Of a stretch of DNA of 50,069 nt, positions 1-9,215 are shown one piece after another (within the stretch, counting starts at the first letter, position 1; each line of letters starts with the position of its first letter). A program made the position numbers and the translations under genes. The DNA comes from Cyanophora paradoxa CCMP329. Its lineage: Eukaryota > Plantae > Glaucophyta. The stretch is taken from NCBI GenBank assembly GCA_004431415.1, contig QPMI01000172.1:1-50069 (forward strand). The letters run 5' to 3'. The notes beneath the pieces were generated by a model that did not search any database, was not told where the DNA came from, and was given only the letters and a program-made list of their open reading frames with translations.

Positions 1-1197
1 GCTGATGCCCGAGTGCTGAAACCTTTGCCGTTGCTGTTGCTTTCAGGCAGCAACCGTCTCTGGCGAAAATATTCCAGCGGCAGTTCCTTCGTTGAAGGTG
101 ATTTCCCGTTGTTTCACCATTCGAATATCGATGCTGCCCGGTCCTGAAAATCTGGTCGGTGCTTTGCCCTCAGACTGCTGATAAAGGAGGTCCTCTGAAG
201 GTGCTGTCTTTCTTTGTGTCTGCAATTTCTTCTTCACCGGTTACGCCTCTGATTTTGTGGAAGCCGATGACGCTTTTGGCGAACGCTGCTTCCCTTGCTC
301 GAATGTGGTCCTGCTGTTGTTATTGCTATCGCAAACTGATGGGAAGCGCAGATTCTGAAGAATCAGAGCGTGAATACAGTCGGCAGATCGACGACAGCAA
401 TCCTTCAGAAGAACGATGAGAACAAAAACGATGGATCCGACCGCGAGGGGTCGGAGAAGGAGAACTCATACGCGGGTCTCGCTGCGCACCGCCTTTCGGG
501 CGGTCGCAGTAACGCCAATGCGTGGGGTGAACTCGATTGCTGTTTGCAATCGCACGTTGAAGAACTTACGCTCTCACAAACAGCATCGGTTCTCAGGCAG
601 CCTGCGAACGATCCAGAGGAGCTTTGGCCTCTTCAAGTACAGACTCTTGTCGACGATATCATGAGAGTCTTGTGCGTTTTTCGAATTACACACGCACATG
701 ATCAAACATGACCAACATACGTGCGCATGACAAAAAACAATCAGACGTCTCGAACACGATCTTCGGCGGCCGTCCACAAGTCCTGTAGACTTCAAGCAAC
801 GCTGGAGGCTTCAGTGCGGCTTCTGATTGGGACCGTTGAATATCAGAGCCGCAGACACCAGTCATCCGCGATGGCTGTTCGCTTTCTTCATGTCCTTATG
901 ACCGGATTCATTTTTTTGATGAAATCCGTGTCGGCAGCGTGAAGCTCTTCTTGCACTCTTCGCGAAGCTCCGAGAAAACAGCTACGACACTGCGCTTCCT
1001 GTGGGCGTTGATTGCGTGGCCATCACGCATGGTTCGATTTGCATTCACCATTCAGTTCAGATTTCCATTCAGTTTCCATTGCAAAACGCCCAACCACGCT
1101 CAGGTTTCTCTTTCCTCGGAAGGCGACGAAAAGAATCCACGAGTCTTCATTCACAATGCTCGGTCTCCTTTTATTCGTATCAATTTATGGTATATCT

Positions 1198-2830
1198 TCA
1201 GGCCATTTGGGACGCACTTGGGCAACCCATTTGGCTTGAGATGAACATCGTACAGCAGTGCGAATCGCTTTTTCGGAATATGATATCTTTTTTAAATTCC
1301 GATGGTCCGCTACAGAGCTGATTCAACGCATCCTTCTCGCCCTCAAGTACACCTGTTGCACAATGACAGCAAACGGCGTTTATCCTGAGGAGTTCCAGAC
1401 GGAAATCCAGCACCGGTTCATATCTTTGTTTTCCTCATCATCATCATTCACCGACATACCACGTCAGGAGCCGTTCACGAAAAGGTTGTGACGGAATGGC
1501 TAAAGGTCACGTTAGATATCTTGTTCAAAGTCGCACCACGGAATGGAGGACTACTGTGGCTGTGTGCCAGCCATTATCTTAAATGTGCTGTCCACGGTTT
1601 TTCTCATTCTTGCGACAGAAACGGCGCAACCTTGTATAATGGCCCGAAAAAGATGAAACGCATGCAGAAACGAGAAGTCGGCGGGCAAAGAGGTTGATAA
1701 GTTCTCTAAGCAAATCATCAGCCCCGGAGACTTCAGTACTTGTTGTTCATTTTCGATATCTTGACGTACCTGATTTCGTTTCGCAGTGAATCCGTTCCTT
1801 GCTGCACCGGAAGCGATTCCTAACAGTCTGATGCGCTTCAACAAGTTCGAGCGGTGGACTTGATGCACGTTGGGCTCCGAATGCGACAGCCGAGATAGTC
1901 GGGACAGGTTGTACGTCGGCCGTGTGGATTTATCATTCGTCAATCCGCAGCTTGTACGGGCCAACCTGTTTGAATTGGAGAGGTGCATGCGTTGAATACT
2001 ACCTTATGAGCGCCAGTAATCGTGTTCTCGTGACGAGGCCCTTTGCGATGCCGTACAGAGCGCCCACGATCTGGTTGTCGTGACATCTGTTTGTCCAACT
2101 TGGGTTCAGAAACAGATTCCATACTTCTACATGAAGAAAGGCGTCGCAAAAGAGATCGCGGTGCAGATGGTCAGTCAGAATTCTTGGATTGTGGTTGCAG
2201 CACGTGGAACCGGACTGATTGACGCCGCGCAGGTTGTAAGTCACGTAGTCTTTCCAAGATGGTTTTCGTTGCTACTTTGATGACTGCGGTCCGGTGCAGC
2301 CGAACATGCAAGTGGCGAACGGAGCGAAACGAGCGATTTTCTGGGCAGGAAATCTTCTTCAAAAGAGCACTGCTAACACGAGTGCATCCGAGCCAACATC
2401 TGGCCTGCTTCTGATGCATCACGTCCGTTATATCTAATTGTATCATCCCATTAATCGAATCGATCCACCGATGCAGGAGGAGCTCGAGTCCGAAGCAATA
2501 GTGCCGTCGCTCAAAAAGCCGAGGATCAAGGCATCTGCAGCTGGTGCCGGGACAAGCATGCTGGGCCGGGAACAAGCATGCTGGCGCGGCCAGCAAGGGA
2601 AACAAGGAGGGAGGAGGAAGGAGGGCTCGAAGAGATCAGTGAGCAATTTTCTTCGGTCGTGTCAATCGACATATTTACATAAATGCTGCTCATAATTTGC
2701 GTGTCATTAATGAACCAATGAATAGGGATCAGACGATGATGGTGACGAAGCCTCTGTGAAAAACGTGTGCCCTCTGTCAATTTCTCTTCACACGCTGTCT
2801 TTGCTCTTCATCCCTTCTTTCCATCTATCT
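1198..2830 (-). pseudogene. Degraded or error-ridden CACTA-type transposase coding region
   Basis: Minus-strand fragments occur in the expected order: 'LIPIHWFINDTQIMSSIYVNMSIDTTEENCSLI' (~2730-2630), 'ILTDHLHRDLF' (DxxH-like, ~2180-2150) and 'PNVHQVH...LLKRIRLLG...GF.AKRN' (HxxxH..IR..G-like, ~1875-1770). Frames are broken by stops and indels; boundaries are uncertain and the gene may start near 3678. Confidence 0.4.
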
Positions 2831-2921
2831 AGATGTTCATAGCAAAAGCGTGCCTGCACATTGCTCTCGCGCTTGCGTTTTTGCAGATAACAACACCATC
2901 AGAGCCATTTGACAGAGCCAG

Positions 2922-3586
2922 TCCGGAACCCGGCAACCTGACCGGTGCAGCTAGGTGTTCGAGATGGACGGCGTACGCCCGGGCCTCTGCAGAGAGAGGA
3001 AGTCGACTGCAAAGAGAGGAAGTCGACACGTGCACGGCAGGTCCGGAACCCGGCAACCTGACCGGTGCAGCTAGGTGTTCGAGATGGAGGCGTACGCCCG
3101 GGCCTCTGCAAAGAGAGGAAGTCGACACGTGCACAGGCAGGTCCGGAACCCGGCAACCTGACCGGTGCAGCTAGGTGTTCGAGATGGACGGCGTACGCCC
3201 GGGCCTCTGCAAAGAGAAGAGGAAGTCGACACGTGCACGGGCAGTCCGGACCCGGCAACCTGACCGGTGCAGCTAGGTGTTCGAGATGGACGGCGTACGC
3301 CCGGGCCTCTGCAAAGAGAGAAGTCGACACGTGCACAGGCAGGTCCGGAACCGGCAACCTGACCGGTGCAGCTAGGTGTTCGAGATGGACGGCGTACGCC
3401 GGGCCTCTGCAAAGAGAGGAAGTCGACACGTGCACGGGCAGGTCCGGAACCCGGCAACCTGACCGGTGCAGCTAGGTGTTCGAGATGACGGCGTACGCCC
3501 GGCCTCTGCAAAGAGAGGAAGTCGACACGTGCACGGCAGGTCCGGAACCCGGCAACCTGACCGGTGCAGCTAGGTGTTCGAGATGA
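2922..3586. repeat. Tandem array of ~6.5 copies of a ~101-bp unit inside the transposon
   Basis: The unit CCGGAACCCGGCAACCTGACCGGTGCAGCTAGGTGTTCGAGATGGACGGCGTACGCCCGGGCCTCTGCAAAGAGAGGAAGTCGACACGTGCACGGGCAGGT recurs; its CGGCAACCTG core lies at ~2931, 3051, 3151, 3253, 3352, 3452 and 3550. Confidence 0.95.
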
Positions 3587-3715
3587 CGCAGTCCTCAAGT
3601 CACATTGCGAATTCACTTGCGTCTCAATTGCCGCTTTGCGCTTTTGCTTTGCGAGCGTTTTGCACTCTTATTTGTCATGCGGTTTTCGAGGGTTCTCTTT
3701 CGGGATTTTCTCTTT

Positions 3716-3716
<1 letters not shown>

Positions 3717-3749
<33 letters not shown>
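3717..3749 (+). repeat. Poly-G tract (33 nt) between the two divergent transposon ORFs
   Basis: Directly visible homopolymer, followed by a 21-bp direct duplication GCTTATTGACTTGCATATGCC at ~3819-3860. Confidence 0.9.
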
Positions 3750-3864
3750 CTGATCACGATTCGCTGAATTCCAGTTCGACATTGGCGTGTGGGTGAAACT
3801 TGCCGGCTGCATATGTCTGCTTATTGACTTGCATATGCCGCTTATTGACTTGCATATGCCGCAG

Positions 3865-5244
3865 ATGGAGGCTCCGAAAGCCAAGCGAAGCAAGACGGAA
3901 GACCAGCGAATCCGTCGCGATGTGCTAGCTGCTCTCAAGCTCAAAGACGAGTTGGAATTCGACTCTCAGAAGTGCACAACGAGGCGAATGGGGAGCGAAT
4001 CAGCGGGTCCTCGTCAAACTCCCGTTTCAGCCGCCCGCCGCCAGCCGGGATCTCCGGATCTGATCTGGAAAAAGTGCACGAGGCCGAGCCCCCTTCTGGT
4101 CAGAAGACGCTATTCGTACTGAACTCCGGCTGGAGTACAAACTCGAGGAACGGACCCTGGCGGCGTTCTCGTTACGCACTGGGAGAAGACCGAGAAAGGC
4201 TTCCTTGTTCCCGCTTTCCTCGGATTCGCACGAAGCCAGGCCATTTCATGTTTGGGGTCGTGCGCCATTCAATTGTTGTCTTTCTCGCAATCAAGCATTA
4301 TGTTATGATTTTCCAATGCAGGTACGCGCATGCTTGCAAGAATACGATCTTCAAGAGTATCCATCCTACGGAAGTGTATACTCCTCTGAAAGACACAGTC
4401 GCGGATCAGATATGATGTGATTGCGCATCAATAATGCAAAAATCCGCGACATGTTTGACGTCTTTTGTTCAGGGCATACTGGCTTGGAGTTTCGCCGACG
4501 CCACCGACTTTGGTCGCTGATAAGCTCGGATCGGCTCAAGCAACAAGCTGCACGATTTGCTGGCAAAGAGTCGCAGTGACGTGGTAAGAAGTATATGAAA
4601 TACTGGACGGCTAGCACTTTGACTCATGATTCCGTAGATTCATGTGCCTGGTGACTGGGTCATTGAGCAATGGGTGTACCGCGACGCCTTTGAAGCCGAA
4701 AAGGAAGAGCGGAAGACAAGAGGCAGCTGGAGGAGGAAGAGATGAGAGCAAAGTCGAACGCAGCCAGCCAAGACAGTCAGAATTCGAATGATGAGGACAT
4801 GAAGAAGCTTCAGGCTGAGCAGGCCGAGCAGCAATCTCGGCATCGACAGAACGAGGCTGATGAGGCAGAGATCGCGCGCCGATTTGAAGCCGATTCTTCG
4901 CTCCATCGCGTTCAGAATCCCGAGTTCGAAAGAGCGACTGCCGATTACGGTCGCTTCTTCAAGGACGCTAATGTCCGTCTCCTGGTTCGTTCATTCTTTA
5001 ACTCTCCTCTCCTTGTGTCGCTGCTGCAACATCATGATGCAGGAGGAGACTGCAATGGACGTGACACTTCAGCAAGGATCTTCATCACGTTCAGAGCCAC
5101 TGGACCTGCTGGTCACACTTGCCACAGGGAAATCAGCTGCAGCAGTGGCATCAAATATTCCTGATGGGGTGAGTCGGCTTGTCGTCGGACGAGGAGGAGA
5201 TGACTACGCACCGCAGCCAGGTTGGTGGAGATGAGCTTGATTAA
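3865..5244 (+). CDS. Transposon-associated second ORF (intron-containing, frameshifted in this assembly), function unknown
   Basis: Coding-like segments 'MEAPKAKRSKTEDQRIRRDVLAALKLKDEL', 'RYAHACKNTIFKSIHPTEVY', 'HVPGDWVIEQWVYRDAFEAEKEE', 'NSNDEDMKKLQAEQAEQQ...YGRFFKDAN', then an intron GTCCGT..ATGCAG and an acidic tail ending 'GGDELD*' (intact in the duplicate at 12031). Confidence 0.45.
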
Positions 5245-5480
5245 TGACCTGCCAGGCTGGTGCGCATCCCGCCAGTCCGCATGCGCACGCAAATAAGAAG
5301 AATTCCGTCCCAGCTGCAGATTTCAGGAATACGAAGCATTCATCAAACCGATTAGCTAGCTCTAGGATAGAGCTCGCGCGCAGTATCGCTTGAAGATGGG
5401 CTGCTATAGATAGCTTTTACAGAAAAAATAAAAAAAAGCAAAAAAAACGTAAAAAAGTGAACCGCTGCACCGAAACCAAC

Positions 5481-5695
5481 ATTACCTCGGCGAGTTTACC
5501 CCGACGTCTTTACCTCGCCAACTTTACCTCGGCGAGTTTACACCGACGTCTTTACCCCGCTTTTCACAACTTTACCACCCTGACTTTACCCCGGCGACTT
5601 TACCCTGGTGACTTTACAGTGGTGTAACGCAAACAGCACAACTTTACCACACCCTAAGTTTACCATATGGTAAACTTAATTTCTGGCTCCCAGTG
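5481..5695. repeat. Subterminal TTTACC repeat array, 24-bp perfect palindrome and CAGTG terminus (copy 1)
   Basis: About 12 copies of (C/G)TTTAC(C); palindrome TAAGTTTACCATATGGTAAACTTA at 5655-5678; CAGTG at 5691-5695. Confidence 0.85.
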
Positions 5696-6872
5696 TACTG
5701 TAGAATGCAAAACTTTATTAGTCTAAAATATCGGGGTTTTGGCATCTTTATTACGGTAATAATATTACCTAGTATATATTTAATATTTATGACTTGGCGC
5801 TGAGAGCTTTATTAGCGGCCTTCATTGCAATTGGGGGTGCCCCCGCCCCGGCCCCCTCCGCGAGCCACGCATGAGGAGGCTATAGCTATGCCCCGCCCCC
5901 CCCCCCCCCCCCCCCCCCCCCCCGGGCCCCTCCTCCAAACCCGCCCCCCCCCCCCCCCCCCGCATGCACACACACAACGCCCCAAGTACCCTGCAATGTG
6001 CACGCGCACAAGTATACGTACCCCCCTTGCCGCAGTGCACCACCGCACGCGCGCGGCCGGCGCCTGCACTTAAGCTTGCTGCACTTGCACAGGGCCGGGC
6101 GCAGTCTGCCAGCTGCAGCTAGCGCTGCATGCGCAGCCGTGACGTCGACGTCGACGTGGGGTCCGGTGGGGAGGCCTATAGCTAGCCGCTAGTGGCTATG
6201 TATAGACAGTATAGGTCGACGTCGGCGTGCACCATTATTTTCAATTGGCCATGGAACTTCGGAAGGCCGCGGCCGGATCCCGGAGCTCGCGAGTCGCGAG
6301 CGTGCAGGCCTAGGCCTGCATCATGGGCCTCATGGCATGCGAGTCGTGATGCGACGGCCGCGGGGCTATACATACATATTTTGACGGGGCTAGCGCTCAG
6401 GGCTAATTATAAGTGGCAATTTTGGTAAGTGGCAACTTTGGTATGCTTATGTATCGACATCATGAAACACGCATTCCTGCTGCGCGAGCTAGCTACTAGG
6501 CTAGCGCTAGGGGCTTCATCTCACTGCTTCACAGAAACACACGTGCACGGGCCGACTGGAGACCCCACGGACCTGCAGCCAGCGAAAGGGTACATGTACA
6601 TGCTCAGCTCAGACTAATCTTCCGTTCCTGGAAAGTGTTCCTAAATACGTAAAGCCTCGTCGGTACCCAAGTCTAGACATGATTCCTGGGAAGTATTCTG
6701 AAAGAGTTCCCGATACCTACGTCGAATTGATCTCGCTAAGAGCTGCGTCTACATAGACAAAGAGAACGCAGGCCGACGGGGGACCCCAAAGCCTGCCCTC
6801 CCTCCCCAGCTATGACTAGCGCCAAGCCAGACGCTGTAAAGACTGTATACGGGCGCGCGCGGTGCGGGCCGC

Positions 6873-7627
6873 TCAGGCGACGATCATCGAGGAGAGCTCG
6901 AGGGGCTGGGGCGAGCCGCCGGCGCTCGAAGGGGCGGGGGCCGGCGGGGCGCCGGACCAGACGTAGAAGACGGGGGTGCGGGCGAAGCCGTTGAAGTTGG
7001 TGGAGGCGCAGCTCATGGCGTGGCCCATGGCGGGGAAGAGGAGCCAGTCGCCGACCTCCATCCTGGGGAGGCGCGCGTGCCGCAAGATGCAGTCCAGCGA
7101 GTCGCACGTCTGCCCGTACACCGTCACGTTGTAGAGGGCCTCGCCGGGGGCCGGCGCCCGCAGCGGCAGGGCCACGATCTGCGGCGGCGCCGCCCCCTGC
7201 GTCGTCGCGGGGTTGAAGGAGCCGTACACGCCCTCGTTCACGTAGAAGAGGAAGTCCGGCACGGGCGAGGGCGCCCCGTGCTGCTGCTGCTGCTGCTGAG
7301 GGTGCGGGTGCGGGTGCGATTGCGGGTCGGCGTGTGCCGAGGCGGCCGACGGCCCTGCGCCGCTCCCAAGGGACGAGAGGGCGGAGGAGGCGGAGGAGGA
7401 GGGGGTCACGAGGGGCGGGGGGGAGGACTCGGGGCCTGCCGCGCGGGGGTACAGGTCCGTCAGAGCCGAGTCGCGCGCGGGCGAGGTCGGAGGCGGCGGG
7501 GCGCACTCGAGTCGGCGGGGCGGCTGTGCTGCACGTCGCGGCGCGCGATGACGTTGACCGCCAACGTCTGGATCTCCTGCGCGCGACAAGGAGGGGCGCG
7601 GCTCGGGTCAGCCGTGCGGCCGGCAGC

Positions 7628-7665
<38 letters not shown>

Positions 7666-9099
7666 AGCGCGGCCGCACCTGGACGAGGAAGCGGCTGGGC
7701 TCGGCGGTCAGGGCGACGCCCTCGGGGACGAGCTCGCCGAGGAGCGGCCCGACGGCGGCGGCGAGCCGCGCGAGGGCTTCTTGGGAGGCCGGCCACGCGG
7801 AGCCGAGGTCCAGCGCGCGGACCTCGTGCCCGTGGCGGGCGGCCGCCGCCAGCGCGTGGCGCGAGAGCCGCAGGCACTCCGCGAGGTGCTCGGGCGTCCA
7901 GGCCCCGCCGCCCGCCGCCAGGCTCAGGCCCACCACGCGCAGCCCGGCGTCCCTCGCAGCCTTCAGGAGCCCCTCCGCGTCTGCGGCGGCGACGGCGGCG
8001 GTGAGCGCGCGCGGCGCGGGAGACGCGACGCTGCCCGCCGCCGGACGCACCGGCGAACGTCGACACGCGCCGCGTGCTGTTCGCCTCGGCATTCGGCTCG
8101 CATCGGAGCTGGAGCACGAGCTCGACGTCCTTGAGCTGCTGGAAGTTCGAAAGGTCTGCCGGCGCAGCGCGTCAGCGCTCGCAAACGAGCGGAGCGACAG
8201 GCAAGCTGACCCGTGTCGGCGTTGAAGGCAAACTTTCTAACTCCGAGAGCCTGCCCGCGTGCCGGCCGGTCAGCGAGCTGTCAGGAGTCTGGCTCTGGGC
8301 AGGCGCTGACGTGTGCGGCCTGGATGTGGCCCCGCGGTACTTGCGGGTTTGCGCAGACCACGGAGTGCTGGTCCGGATCGAATGAGTTCAGCTTGAGCAC
8401 GTGCGCGAGGAGTTTCGCCTGCGATGCGCGGTCGGTGGCGGGGCGGCCGGCGGCACATCAAACGCATCACCTCGTTAAGGCCGTCGACCGCGAATACGAA
8501 ATCAAGCCAGTGGAGCACATTCAGAATCGCCGCATCGAGGTTACACCTCAAACCTGATCGGCGGGGCAAGTCATAATCAAATGCGCGGGCACGCGCGTTA
8601 CGCGTGTGAGCATCCGCGGCCTCGCGGGGCCGCCGATGGCACTGACCGAAGACGGGTCTTGTCCGAGGAAAAAGCTCCCGCCAGGACGCCGCTCGCCGGG
8701 CGAGCGCGCCCAGATCCAGCACGTAGAACGCATCTTCCAGCCCGCTCACGATCTTGCTGTTCACGACATCCTCTATCTGCATCAGGAGAGCGTTAGTTCG
8801 AAAACCCAAGCGCGAGAGCGCATGATGGAGTGCGACAACCAAGTTCCCGCGTGGACACTCGTTTGACCGTGAGGTGGCATCTAGGCCGGCCGGGGACGCG
8901 ACGGAATAACATGCAGAGCATTTGACACTCTAAATCTTGGCGAGGCCGCCAATGACGGGCCGGGGGACGGGGGCGTCGGGGGCATGGCGAAGATGCGTAC
9001 CTTGGCGTTGGCGGGGAGCGCCTCCACGTCAACGTGCCGCTGGAGCTCGTTGAAGATCGCATCCTCTTCGCAGCGCGTCCGGCTGTTCCCAGCGCCCAT
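6873..9099 (-). CDS. Ornithine decarboxylase-like protein, catalytically degenerate (antizyme-inhibitor-like), copy 1
   Basis: The spliced model gives MGAGNS...EALPANAK|IEDVVNSKIVSGLEDAFYVLDLG, RTRPVF|GLRCN, VVCANP, VVGLSLAAGGG, ALDLGSAWP, TAEPSRF, TLAVNVIA, FYVNEGVYGSFN, YGQTCDSLD and VGDWLLFPAMG...NFNGF, colinear with eukaryotic ODC (fold-type III PLP family). Confidence 0.85.
7629..7663 (+). repeat. (CAG)~11 microsatellite inside an intron of the ODC-like gene (duplicated at ~14424-14458)
   Basis: Directly visible; lies between donor GTGCGG (~7678) and acceptor CGCAG (~7577) on the minus strand. Confidence 0.85.
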
Positions 9100-9215
9100 T
9101 TGCTCGACGAAGAGGCTTAGTTGCGAATACCTTGTACCCCCACAGGCAAGAACTTCGTCGGCCTTCCTCGCTGTTCTGTGGTCGGCGGGAGGTGGCGGAC
9201 CTCGAGCGGTTCGAG

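Larger units (their letters stand above)
1..5695. mobile_element. Right-hand part of a CACTA/EnSpm (CMC superfamily)-like DNA transposon; left end outside the window
   Basis: Ends in ...TTTCTGGCTCCCAGTG (5695), i.e. a CACTG terminus on the minus strand, preceded by a dense array of TTTACC subterminal repeats. The interior has lower GC than host genes and contains transposase-like fragments plus a second, divergent ORF. Confidence 0.6.

Noticed and set aside
2922-3586. 101-bp array as a CRISPR array, ribozyme (retrozyme) array or TPP riboswitch
   Set aside because: There are no unique spacers and the context is eukaryotic with no cas genes. No CUGANGA/GAAA hammerhead core appears on either strand, and the AACCTGA word lacks the rest of the TPP aptamer.
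5481-5680. TTTACC repeats as interstitial telomere
   Set aside because: They are irregularly spaced rather than tandem CCCTAA(A), and they lead into a CAGTG end, which fits transposon subterminal repeats better.
5812-6073. Poly-Pro/poly-Gly ORFs over the poly-C tracts (also 12574-12870)
   Set aside because: They arise from homopolymer runs whose lengths differ between the two copies; there is no coding evidence.
9100-9215. AZIN1-type regulatory uORF ending in PPW/PS upstream of the ODC-like gene
   Set aside because: The leader is very short and I found no such peptide ending. No antizyme-like +1 frameshift gene is visible in the window either.
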